Shown here piece after piece: positions 51,019-60,106 of a stretch of DNA of 64,000 bases. A model generated the notes under the pieces. It searched no databases, was not told the DNA's origin, and was given only the letters and a program-made list of their open reading frames with translations. The stretch lies in assembly GCA_016288795.1 (NCBI GenBank), contig JAEELI010000007.1:5142-69141 (forward strand). The letters are read 5' to 3'. The translations under genes and the position numbers were made by a program. How positions within the stretch are numbered: position 1 is the first letter of the stretch; every line of letters begins with the position of its first letter. This stretch comes from Bacillales bacterium (GTDB taxonomy: Bacteria; Bacillota_I; Bacilli_A; RF39; UBA660).

Positions 51019-52227
51019 GTGATTGGTATGAAAGTTTTAGCAGATATATTGAGACCAGAAAAATTAAGTGATGTTGTAGGCCAAGATCATTTGATTGGAC
51101 CAGATAAAATACTAACTAATTTAGTAAAAAACAAAAAACTTTTTTCGATGATTTTATATGGGAAACCAGGCATAGGCAAAACAAGTATTGCCTACGCACT
51201 TAGTAAAGAATTAAACATCAGAACTAAAATGCTTAATGCAACTGTGAACAAAAAGGAAGATTTCGATATAGCTATTGAAGAAGCTAAGTTCTATGGAGAA
51301 TTATTATTAGTAGTAGACGAAATCCATCGCATGAACAAAGACAAACAAGATATACTACTACCATATATAGAAAACGGACTAATAATTCTCATTGGTCTAA
51401 CCACATCAAACCCATATCACAAAATTAATCCTGCAATTAGAAGCAGATGTCAAATATTTGAATTGCATGAATTAACTGAAAAAGATATTATAAAAGTTTT
51501 AAATAGAGCTATAAAGACTTTAGATGGCATAGATATTGATAAAGAAGCAATTAAGTATATCGCGGCTCTATCAAGTGGAGATGTTAGAAATGCTCTAAAT
51601 TTACTAGAAATATCCTATTACTCCACTTCTAAACATAAAGTTACTGTTGAAGCAATCAAAAATATTAATTCTAAACCTGTATTCTTTCATGATAAAAATG
51701 AAGATGGACACTACGATGTTTTATCTGCTTTACAAAAATCTATTCGCGGAAGTGATGTTGATGCAACAATTCATTATATAGCCAGGTTAATTGAAGCTGG
51801 AGATTTAGATAGTATATATAGAAGGTTATCGGTTATAGCATACGAAGATATTGGATTAGCTAATCCAGGCATTGGTCCAAGATTAGATGCTGCAATTAAT
51901 GCAGCTGAAAGAGTTGGTTTACCTGAAGCAAGAATTCCTATTGGTTACATAGCCATTGAAATGGCATTGAGCCCTAAGAGTAACAGTGCTTATCTTGCTA
52001 CCGATAAAGCATTAAGTGATGTAAGAAGTGGTAAAAGTGGATTTGTTCCTAATCACATTAAGACAAATAGTCCGGATTACTTATATCCTCACAATTATAA
52101 AAATGATTGGGTTAAACAAGAATATTTACCAGAAGCATTAAAAGGAACTGTATATTACGTTCCTAAAAACAATAATATTGAAAATAATTTGAATAAAATA
52201 TATAAAGAAATGAAGGATGAAAAATGA
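51019..52227 (+). CDS. rarA: Replication-associated recombination protein A (RarA/MgsA AAA+ ATPase)
   Basis: GKPGIGKTS Walker A, VDEIHR, and C-terminal MgsA helical domains. The start may be ATG 51028. Confidence 0.9.
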   Translation: MIGMKVLADILRPEKLSDVVGQDHLIGPDKILTNLVKNKKLFSMILYGKPGIGKTSIAYALSKELNIRTKMLNATVNKKEDFDIAIEEAKFYGELLLVVDEIHRMNKDKQDILLPYIENGLIILIGLTTSNPYHKINPAIRSRCQIFELHELTEKDIIKVLNRAIKTLDGIDIDKEAIKYIAALSSGDVRNALNLLEISYYSTSKHKVTVEAIKNINSKPVFFHDKNEDGHYDVLSALQKSIRGSDVDATIHYIARLIEAGDLDSIYRRLSVIAYEDIGLANPGIGPRLDAAINAAERVGLPEARIPIGYIAIEMALSPKSNSAYLATDKALSDVRSGKSGFVPNHIKTNSPDYLYPHNYKNDWVKQEYLPEALKGTVYYVPKNNNIENNLNKIYKEMKDEK

Positions 52228-53198
52228 AAGTAACAGTATTTGGAGCAGGAGCATACGGAATTAGTTTGGCATTAATGCTTGCCAAGAAAAAAGAAAATGA
52301 TATATTAGTATGCACGCATAATGAAAGTGTATTTAATCATTTTAAAGAAAACAGAAAGTTTACTAAATTGCCTAAGGCACATATTCCAGAAAATGTAAAT
52401 GTAACAAATGATTATGAATATGCAATGAAAGAGACTAGTTTAATATTTTTAGTGCCATCAGTTAAGTATATCAAAGATATTTGTAATAAAATAAAACCAT
52501 ATTATAAAAATCAACCAATATGTATAGCAGCTAAAGGCATTGAAAACGATTCTTTAGAATTTTCCTCAGAATTGGTTCGAAATATATTGTGGACCAATAA
52601 TATTTCTCTTATCTCTGGGCCAACTTTCGCTGAAGATTTAGCTAATAATTCTCCTGCTGCATTAGCGATAGCGGGTTACAATAAAAAAACCATTGATTTT
52701 GTAATAAAAAACTTGGCTAATGAAACATTAAAACTTAGGCCTTCTAGTGATATAAAAGGTATTCAACTTTGTGGTAGCGTAAAAAATATAATAGCTATAG
52801 CATCCGGAATTATTAAAGGCCTTGGTTATTCCGAATCAACTGAAGCATTCTTAATAAATGAATCATTGCATGATATGAAAATGATTATTCATGCCTTAGG
52901 CGGTAAAAAGAAAACTATTCTATCTTTTGCAGGAGTTGGGGATTTATTATTAACTTGCACTTCAACTAAGAGCAGAAACTACTCTTTTGGATATATAATT
53001 GGGTCTACAAAAGATAAAAAAGAAATAGATAATTATTTAAAAAATAACACTGTTGAGGGATATTGGACATTAAATTCAATTTATAAATTATTACAAAAAA
53101 AAGGAATAAGCATTCCTTTAATAGATTTATTATATGATGTTGTATATAACAATCAAGATCCTAGTTTATTAATAGACTTCCTAATTAATAAGGCTTAA
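52224..53198 (+). CDS. gpsA: NAD(P)H-dependent glycerol-3-phosphate dehydrogenase
   Basis: VFGAGAYG Rossmann motif and typical GpsA length. Coupled to rarA. Confidence 0.9.
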   Translation: MKVTVFGAGAYGISLALMLAKKKENDILVCTHNESVFNHFKENRKFTKLPKAHIPENVNVTNDYEYAMKETSLIFLVPSVKYIKDICNKIKPYYKNQPICIAAKGIENDSLEFSSELVRNILWTNNISLISGPTFAEDLANNSPAALAIAGYNKKTIDFVIKNLANETLKLRPSSDIKGIQLCGSVKNIIAIASGIIKGLGYSESTEAFLINESLHDMKMIIHALGGKKKTILSFAGVGDLLLTCTSTKSRNYSFGYIIGSTKDKKEIDNYLKNNTVEGYWTLNSIYKLLQKKGISIPLIDLLYDVVYNNQDPSLLIDFLINKA

Positions 53199-53856
53199 TA
53201 ACTTTATTAATTACATAATCTACCATTAATAAACCTGAAATACCTGGGGAAGTTATTAGAGAATTAACTTCTCCATTTTTATTTGGAATTTCAGTAGAAC
53301 AGACTACTGGAACTTTTATATTTAAATCATTTTCTCTAACTAATTTCCTTAGTTTTTTTGCTAATGGATCATTATTTGTTTTATCTAAAGTAGTTCTAAT
53401 AATTTTAGTTGCATCTACTCTATTACCAACACCCATTGATGCTATTATATTGATATTATTATTTTGAGCATATCTTATTAATTCTAATTTTGTATTTAAG
53501 GTGTCACAAGCATCCAAGATGAAGTCAAAATCATTATCTAGTGTATTTATATTATCTTTAGTCAAAAACTCTCCTATAACCTTTATATTAACTTTTTTAT
53601 TAATATCTAGCATTTTTGCTTTAGCAACTTCAACTTTACTATGATTAATATTTTTTATATTAGATATTAACTGTCTATTAAGATTAGATAATTCTACTTT
53701 ATCACCATCAATTATCGTGATATCTTCAAAACCACTTCTAACTAATGCTTCTAAAACAAAACCACCTACTCCCCCAACCCCAACTAAAAGTATCTTAGTG
53801 TTTTTTATTCTATTTAGATTATCTTCTCCAATTAATATAATGATTTTTTCAAACAT
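53185..53856 (-). CDS. tcdA: tRNA threonylcarbamoyladenosine dehydratase (ThiF/MoeB family, TcdA-like)
   Basis: LLVGVGGVGG Rossmann motif and DGDKVELSNLNRQ. Start chosen at MFEKII, with GGAG 6 nt upstream. The track start is 53928. Confidence 0.75.
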   Translation of the reverse strand: MFEKIIILIGEDNLNRIKNTKILLVGVGGVGGFVLEALVRSGFEDITIIDGDKVELSNLNRQLISNIKNINHSKVEVAKAKMLDINKKVNIKVIGEFLTKDNINTLDNDFDFILDACDTLNTKLELIRYAQNNNINIIASMGVGNRVDATKIIRTTLDKTNNDPLAKKLRKLVRENDLNIKVPVVCSTEIPNKNGEVNSLITSPGISGLLMVDYVINKVIKPY

Positions 53857-54079
53857 ACAAAACTCCATATTAAAACCTAGTGGAAAGTTACTATGATAAA
53901 ATCCCGCTCTTCGCAGGTGGTAGAACACATATAAAGTATTAGGATCCTAGTTAAAAACCAGTATTCAACACAACTAAATAATTAGTTCCCCAATATATCT
54001 ATATAGTCGGTTTTATATGAATAACTTTACCATCTAGGCACTTACATTATAACATATTCATTATTACTAATAAATATTT

Positions 54080-55366
54080 TTATTTTAATTTTACATTTTT
54101 CTTTCTCTTTCTTTTAATATTTCTCTTTAAGAATAGTCCTATAGCACATCCCATTAAAATTATAGTTACTATAAAAACAATAAATAAAATTTTTAATAAT
54201 TTATTATTTTTTTCTATCTTTTCTTCTTCTTCTTTGGCTAATTTAGTAACTACTATCTTATATGTAGTTGTAGATTTATCTTTGCCAGTAACCCTCAAAA
54301 TTATATCATTTTCACCAGTTTTAAGTAGCTCATTACCCATAATTTCTATTTGATCATTATCTAAACTTTTTGCATCAATGTCTAATTTATTTATCTCACT
54401 ACCAACAGTAGTATAATATACATACTTATCCGCAGAAAATGGTTCAGTTAATTCAGCGTTATTAACTTTTAATGAACCCAGAGAACTTGAACCGAGATTT
54501 TTATTAATAACTATTTCATACTTAGTTTCTGTTTTATTCTCAGCAATAACTTTAACTACTCGTGAACTTTCACCACTAGGAACATAAAATGTTCCTGTTC
54601 CTTGGACAATAGAATTGGAATTATTTCCTTCCGCACGAATAACAATGCTCTCTACATCTTTATCAATATGAAAACTATATTTATAAGTTTTAGGATCAAA
54701 CTTAGGAGTTAAAACAAATCCGTCAACAGACAAAAACTTTAATGTTGAATCATCAGATGGTTCTTCTCTATTAACTACTAATTTATATACTGTCTCAGTT
54801 CCATCTGAAGCAATGACTGAAACATCAAATTTATTTTCACCATCAGTAATATATTTTCTACCAATGCCTGTAACTTTAGCATTATCATTATTCGGAACAG
54901 CATCTATATTTATTTTTTCTATGCTATAAGGAATAGTTATCTCATATTCTAGTTTAGCACTATTAAACTCTGGTTTTAATTCATACTCATCTACTGTAAG
55001 ACTTTTTAAACTCGAATCATTAGATACTACTGCAATACTCAAATTAGCCTTACAAGTGGCTTCTATAGTCTCTCCGTTATAAAAACTAACAAGAATATAG
55101 ACGGTTGTATTTCCTTCTTTAAGACCTCTTATAACTCCTTCATTTGAAACGCTAATTACACTAGCGTCTTCAATAGTATAATCAACTTTATATGATTTAT
55201 CACTATCATATTTAATAGTTTGAGATTCATATATATTTATTGTATCTTTTTCTACTTCTAAACTAATACTGTATTCACCATTATTACAAGTAAGTTTTTT
55301 AGCCATAACTACATTAGGCATCAATAAAATAATAAATACATTAATAAATAAAATAATTCTCTTCAT
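54080..55366 (-). CDS. Cell-surface protein with tandem cadherin-like beta-sandwich repeats and a C-terminal TM anchor
   Basis: Signal peptide. About three repeats follow of the pattern SLKSLTVDEYELKPEFNSAKLEYEI/TLKFLSVDGFVLTPKFDPKTYKYSF/SLGSLKVNNAELTEPFSADKYVYYT. Then a C-terminal hydrophobic helix and a basic tail (KRNIKRKRKK). Confidence 0.55.
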   Translation of the reverse strand: MKRIILFINVFIILLMPNVVMAKKLTCNNGEYSISLEVEKDTINIYESQTIKYDSDKSYKVDYTIEDASVISVSNEGVIRGLKEGNTTVYILVSFYNGETIEATCKANLSIAVVSNDSSLKSLTVDEYELKPEFNSAKLEYEITIPYSIEKINIDAVPNNDNAKVTGIGRKYITDGENKFDVSVIASDGTETVYKLVVNREEPSDDSTLKFLSVDGFVLTPKFDPKTYKYSFHIDKDVESIVIRAEGNNSNSIVQGTGTFYVPSGESSRVVKVIAENKTETKYEIVINKNLGSSSLGSLKVNNAELTEPFSADKYVYYTTVGSEINKLDIDAKSLDNDQIEIMGNELLKTGENDIILRVTGKDKSTTTYKIVVTKLAKEEEEKIEKNNKLLKILFIVFIVTIILMGCAIGLFLKRNIKRKRKKNVKLK

Positions 55367-55408
55367 TAATAATCCCTCTTATACTCTTTTAAATTATATC
55401 ATATACAA

Positions 55409-56047
55409 TTAGTTTTTAAAACTAGCTTCTAAATAATATATTGGTCTATTTTGCTTATAATACTCTTGCTCAAAATCCGTCATAATATTTGGTATATTTC
55501 TCTCATCGTGATGCAAATCCAAACTTACTTTGTCAAATGTATACCAATAATCACTAAGTGACTCTAAAGCAGAGGCAAATAATATTTTATTATCTGTCTT
55601 CATAATAATATGTTTATCTTTCTTAAATATTCTATCATATAATCTTAAATAATTATTTGCTGTGAATCTTCTCTTTTCATCACTTTTTTTGGGCCAAGGT
55701 TCTGAAAAAGTCAAATAAATAGTTTTAATTTCTTTACCAAAAAAATCTACAATATTATTTGCATCAGCACAAATATATTTTAAATTATATATCTTTGATG
55801 AACCTATATTCTTAATAGCTACAGCCATTTGATTTTTATCTAATTCTAATCCAATAAAATTGATATTTGGGTATTTTTTAGCCATTTCAATGATAAACGA
55901 TCCTCTTCCCATTCCCAACTCTAAAGCAATATCATTTTTATTATGAAACACATCATTCCATTTTCCTTTATACAAAGCAGGATTTTTAATTAAGTAATCA
56001 CTATTATCAAGAATATCTTGAGCATTTTTTATTATATTATAACGCAT
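55409..56047 (-). CDS. trmB: tRNA (guanine-N7)-methyltransferase
   Basis: ELGMGRGSF SAM-binding motif and TFSEPWPKK. Confidence 0.85.
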   Translation of the reverse strand: MRYNIIKNAQDILDNSDYLIKNPALYKGKWNDVFHNKNDIALELGMGRGSFIIEMAKKYPNINFIGLELDKNQMAVAIKNIGSSKIYNLKYICADANNIVDFFGKEIKTIYLTFSEPWPKKSDEKRRFTANNYLRLYDRIFKKDKHIIMKTDNKILFASALESLSDYWYTFDKVSLDLHHDERNIPNIMTDFEQEYYKQNRPIYYLEASFKN

Positions 56048-56105
56048 TATAACACCTCAAAATAATTTTAACATAATAAAAAAATATCATCAATGATGAT
56101 ATTTA

Positions 56106-56390
56106 TTATTTCTCATAAACACTTACTTTTTTCTTATCTCTGCCGCATCTTTCAAATTTAACTACGCCATCAATACGAGCAAATAAAGTGTGATCCTTAC
56201 CCATTCCAACGTTGGTTCCTGGATATATCTTAGTTCCTCTTTGTCTATAAAGAATTGAACCAGCAGTAACTAACATACCATCAGATACTTTAGCACCAAG
56301 ACGACGTCCAGCAGAATCTCTACCGTTCTTAGTAGAACCTTGTGCTTTAACATGGGCAAATCTTTGAATATTCAATTTTATATATAACAT
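56106..56390 (-). CDS. rpmA: 50S ribosomal protein L27 with N-terminal propeptide
   Basis: [15 protein letters not shown]...; the 9-aa N-terminal extension (MLYIKLNIQ) ends at the F-A Prp cleavage site. Confidence 0.95.
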   Translation of the reverse strand: MLYIKLNIQRFAHVKAQGSTKNGRDSAGRRLGAKVSDGMLVTAGSILYRQRGTKIYPGTNVGMGKDHTLFARIDGVVKFERCGRDKKKVSVYEK

Positions 56391-56392
56391 GT

Positions 56393-56686
56393 TTAATCTC
56401 CTTTACTAATTTTTAAGTTTTTAGGATATTGAGTAGCTAAATCCATTAATTCATCAAGCATTGTAGTTATTAAAGTATCGGTTATATTATCATGACTATT
56501 TATTTCAATAATCAAATCATTATTATCTTTAACATTTATCGCATTAATATCAAAATTCAAAATAGAATTAATAGTTGTGTAACATATTGATGATACACTA
56601 GCACAAACAATATCTTTTCCGTAATCAGCAAAATTTGCATGACCACTTATTTTTATTAAATTTTTACTATAATTAATCTTTATCAT
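56393..56686 (-). CDS. prp: Ribosomal-processing cysteine protease Prp
   Basis: [18 protein letters not shown] matches the Prp (DUF464) catalytic His/Cys region. It sits between rplU and rpmA. Confidence 0.8.
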   Translation of the reverse strand: MIKINYSKNLIKISGHANFADYGKDIVCASVSSICYTTINSILNFDINAINVKDNNDLIIEINSHDNITDTLITTMLDELMDLATQYPKNLKISKGD

Positions 56687-56688
56687 AA

Positions 56689-56988
56689 TTACTTAGTAAT
56701 CTTTGTAACAACAAGCTTAGTATATGGTTGTCTGTGACCTTGTTTTTTACGATATTTCTTTTTAGGTCTATACTTAAATACAACTATTTTCTTGTTCTTA
56801 CCATGTTTTTCAACTGAACATTCTACTTTTGCACCTTTTACATATGGATTTCCAGCAACTCCGTCAACAAATAGAACATCGTTGAATACTACTTTAGAAC
56901 CAACTTCTTGATCTAAAAGTTCTACATAAATTGTATCGCCTTCAGATACATAGTATTGCTTTCCGCCTGTTTCAAATACAGCTTTCAT
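56689..56988 (-). CDS. rplU: 50S ribosomal protein L21
   Basis: [23 protein letters not shown]. Confidence 0.95.
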   Translation of the reverse strand: MKAVFETGGKQYYVSEGDTIYVELLDQEVGSKVVFNDVLFVDGVAGNPYVKGAKVECSVEKHGKNKKIVVFKYRPKKKYRKKQGHRQPYTKLVVTKITK

Positions 56989-57080
56989 TTCATACCTCCT
57001 TATATTTTTTAAGTCGCGCTTTTAAGGTGGCTAAACGCTCTTATAAACCTTTTCAATGCGGTTTTTTCCGAAATGACTTA
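56989..57080 (-). ncRNA. Putative L21 (rplU) ribosomal-protein leader / promoter region
   Basis: On the minus strand, TTGACA-N17-TAAAAT followed by a ~85-nt structured GC-containing leader (ccgcattg...gcgcgac...ggtggc). This is at the position of the known Firmicute L21 leader. Confidence 0.3.
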
Positions 57081-57108
57081 AAACAATATGATTTTATCAA
57101 AAAATGCC

Positions 57109-57882
57109 CTAAATGTCAACGAACTTCCTATATAAATGCTCTTTTATCTTATTCTTCTCACTTATGTATTTATTATCTTTTTTAAAATAATGGTATACTT
57201 CTTTTCTTAATTCTCTAATGCTTTTAGTTCTATTATTAATTTTTTTGTATTTAAATTCTCCTAAGTATCTTTCTATCAAGAATCTATTAACCATATATTT
57301 AAAGTTTTTTATATCTTCTACTAATTTGTATATTAGAAATACTATTATGTAAGTATTATAGTAATTAGTTTTATAAATATAAATAATAAAAATAATTAAT
57401 GATAATAAAGATACTATGTAACTAAGTATGTAAGCTTTATAGTATGAAAAATATTTTTCTAATAGCAAATGAATAATCTGATAGCCATCCAGCGGGACTA
57501 TAGGTAATATATTAAATATAAGTATTATAAAATTATAATTATAAATTAAATTATATGTAATAACACTTAAATAGTCCCTTAGGGAATATATAAATAAAAA
57601 TAGAATTATTTGATTAATGAAACCTCCCACAGATATAATTATATCTTTAGTTATAGAACTATTTATTCTTTTATCTATAATAGTCCATCCCCCAAAAGGA
57701 AATAATTCTATTTTTATAATCTTATATTTAAATAACCTTATAAAGAAAACATGTCCTAATTCATGAAACAAGCATATTATAAATACGATAAATATATTCT
57801 TAATATATCCACATAACAAAGCAATTAATACAAATACCCAAGTCCAATTATTAATCTTTATTTTCTTTAATATACTCATCAT
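57109..57882 (-). CDS. spoIVFB: Site-2 (M50) metalloprotease, SpoIVFB-like
   Basis: HELGH within a TM helix and a second zinc-ligand region (LDG). It sits in the conserved position upstream of rplU. Confidence 0.7.
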   Translation of the reverse strand: MMSILKKIKINNWTWVFVLIALLCGYIKNIFIVFIICLFHELGHVFFIRLFKYKIIKIELFPFGGWTIIDKRINSSITKDIIISVGGFINQIILFLFIYSLRDYLSVITYNLIYNYNFIILIFNILPIVPLDGYQIIHLLLEKYFSYYKAYILSYIVSLLSLIIFIIYIYKTNYYNTYIIVFLIYKLVEDIKNFKYMVNRFLIERYLGEFKYKKINNRTKSIRELRKEVYHYFKKDNKYISEKNKIKEHLYRKFVDI

Positions 57883-58408
57883 AATCTATTTTATTACCAT
57901 CTTGATATAAAACTAAATATAAATAATCATCTGAAGTGTTTCCAATAATAGTTTCTTTTTCAATATAATCATATAGATTAATAGATATATCACTCATATT
58001 ACCATACCAATAATCTATTCCATCATTACCTTGAACAATAACCACTTTATTATAACCTTCTTTTTCGCCAACAAATACTACTATTCCTCCATATAAAGCT
58101 GAGACAGGTTCATTTTTGCTATAATCTATTTTTACCCCATCTAAGTAGCTAACTTTAGATATATTTTCTAAGTTATCATTTTTAAAAACTAAAGAAGATG
58201 GATTATTTATTTCTGGTAATATATTGCCAAGTTTATTTTTAGACCAATTATTTATCTTAGTCCATTTAATATGATCTTTAAATATATATTTATCTAAATA
58301 ATCTTTATTTCTTATATCTACTTTAATAATAATTCCAATTATTAAAACTATAATAATGCTTATAAGTATTCTTGATACTAGATATTTAATATACTTTTCT
58401 TTTTTCAT
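57851..58408 (-). CDS. M23/LytM-like domain membrane protein, SpoIVFA-like
   Basis: N-terminal TM and a C-terminal degenerate M23 fold (ALYGGIVVFVGEKEGYNKVVIVQGNDGIDYWYGNM). It is adjacent to spoIVFB. Confidence 0.5.
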   Translation of the reverse strand: MKKEKYIKYLVSRILISIIIVLIIGIIIKVDIRNKDYLDKYIFKDHIKWTKINNWSKNKLGNILPEINNPSSLVFKNDNLENISKVSYLDGVKIDYSKNEPVSALYGGIVVFVGEKEGYNKVVIVQGNDGIDYWYGNMSDISINLYDYIEKETIIGNTSDDYLYLVLYQDGNKIDYDEYIKENKD

Positions 58409-58435
58409 ATATTCACCATTAAATGATATGATTTT

Positions 58436-58831
58436 TTAGTAGTTATTATTTATATAAACTCTAAAGTATAATATATAGAATAAGATATTAATAAAAATGT
58501 TATTACCAATCGTTAGTAATATTTTATTAATACTATTTATTAATAAAATATTACTTAGGATAATAAACAATAAATAATTAAACATATTAATATAAATATA
58601 GATATAAACATTCTTTTTATTTAAATCATCAAAAAGCATATTTAAAATATACATAATACTTAATATAGCCGTATTTAATAATCCCGTTCTCAATATTATT
58701 AAATCCAAAATTATTCCTGTCAATAAATAATCTTTATATTTTTTATCATATAAATATATAATAAAAAAATATGTTCCCCAAGGACTATAGTTATTTAAAA
58801 GAATATCTAACATTAATAGACCATATATCAT
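58436..58831 (-). CDS. Small polytopic membrane protein, MreD-like by position
   Basis: 131 aa with 4 TMs, immediately downstream of mreC. Confidence 0.35.
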   Translation of the reverse strand: MIYGLLMLDILLNNYSPWGTYFFIIYLYDKKYKDYLLTGIILDLIILRTGLLNTAILSIMYILNMLFDDLNKKNVYIYIYINMFNYLLFIILSNILLINSINKILLTIGNNIFINILFYILYFRVYINNNY

Positions 58832-58833
58832 TA

Positions 58834-59469
58834 TTAACCTGCTAATACTTGAACATAGTCTATATCTTTAATATTTAATTTATAGTCTACTTCAATTATC
58901 TTCTCTATACTTTTATTATTTAACTTAATATCTTTAACTAAACCAATGAATATGTCCTCATCTATATTACCTATGCCTGAAGTCCATATTGAATCGCCAA
59001 TTTTAATTGAACTATAATTACTAATATTTCTAATTATTATTTTATTATCTATATGTTCCAAGACTCCGATTTCATCATTTATTTTGACAGATATTCTCAT
59101 ATCTTTATTAGTCAACAACTTAACTACACTAGAAGTTTTTCCTACTTTGTAGATTACTCCCACCAAAGTGTTATCATAAAGCACTGCATTATTACTTAAT
59201 CCATAATCCTTACCTCCCCTTATTGTTATTTCATTTAAATAATTATAAATGTCTTTGTATATAACATAAGTATTAATGCTGGAACTTTCATAAACATAAT
59301 CTATATCATTGAACTCCAATAGTTTATTATACTTTCTTTCTAGATTCTTGCACTGCGTAGTTTGCCACGAATTATTTTTTATATTAATTATTCTATAAAT
59401 TGGATCTTTAAGCAAAAATAATAAAAATACAATTATAAATGAATAACTATTCTTAATAAGTTTATTCAT
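58834..59469 (-). CDS. mreC: Rod shape-determining protein MreC (short form)
   Basis: N-terminal TM and a C-terminal beta domain (GLSNNAVLYDNTLVGVIYKVGKTSSVVKLLT...WTSGIG). Confidence 0.65.
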   Translation of the reverse strand: MNKLIKNSYSFIIVFLLFLLKDPIYRIINIKNNSWQTTQCKNLERKYNKLLEFNDIDYVYESSSINTYVIYKDIYNYLNEITIRGGKDYGLSNNAVLYDNTLVGVIYKVGKTSSVVKLLTNKDMRISVKINDEIGVLEHIDNKIIIRNISNYSSIKIGDSIWTSGIGNIDEDIFIGLVKDIKLNNKSIEKIIEVDYKLNIKDIDYVQVLAG

Positions 59470-59896
59470 TATTTATCTCCTTTAGATACTCCTCTAAAAG
59501 ATTTTGGTTTATTTTATTTATTAATGTTTCATCATCAGTTTTTATTAATATTTTCTCATATCCTTCTATTTTTGAGTAAAACTCTTTAGATACACCGACT
59601 ACTTTAATATACGTGTCAATATTAGCTAATTTAAAAGAATTATAGATGTTTTTTAATAGTTCATTATTAATGCCAAGGTAGGAATAGACTCTATATAAGT
59701 CATTATCTTGAATAATGACTCCTGAAGGCAAATTATCTCTATATTTAACTGCATTTTCTATTTTTTTAAATACTCCAGTTTGAATAACATATATGTTATA
59801 TTCTTCTTTGGCATAAATAATTTTATTATTAAGTATTACTACGCATAATATTCCAATTATTATGACAATTAATCCCATTATTATTTTCTTTTTCAT
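59462..59896 (-). CDS. SPOR-domain membrane protein
   Basis: N-terminal TM, then YVIQTGVFKKIENAVKYRDNL...LYRVYSYLG...YIKVV, consistent with the SPOR fold pattern. Confidence 0.45.
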   Translation of the reverse strand: MKKKIIMGLIVIIIGILCVVILNNKIIYAKEEYNIYVIQTGVFKKIENAVKYRDNLPSGVIIQDNDLYRVYSYLGINNELLKNIYNSFKLANIDTYIKVVGVSKEFYSKIEGYEKILIKTDDETLINKINQNLLEEYLKEINNE

Positions 59897-59917
59897 ATTA
59901 TCACCAAGTTTATTATA

Positions 59918-59949
59918 TAAAAAGAATACGACAAAAATTGTCGTATTCT
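59918..59949 (-). terminator. Terminator of the gatCAB operon
   Basis: A 12-bp perfect stem (AGAATACGACAA/TTGTCGTATTCT) followed by a T-run on the minus strand. Confidence 0.7.
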
Positions 59950-60106
59950 GGAGGTAATAATATTTAATTAATAGTTTAGTTCGCGTTCCGAAATATTTAT
60001 ACTACTTGTAATATCATTATCCTTTTAAATAGTATCATACCAAGATATCTTCCAACAAGACCGTCCGGGGTCTAATTTGTTTGAACAAAAAAATAAATAG
60101 ATTTCT

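Noticed and set aside
56931-57185. 84-aa plus-strand ORF
   Set aside because: It overlaps the rplU promoter/leader and the 3' end of spoIVFB on the opposite strand, with no RBS.
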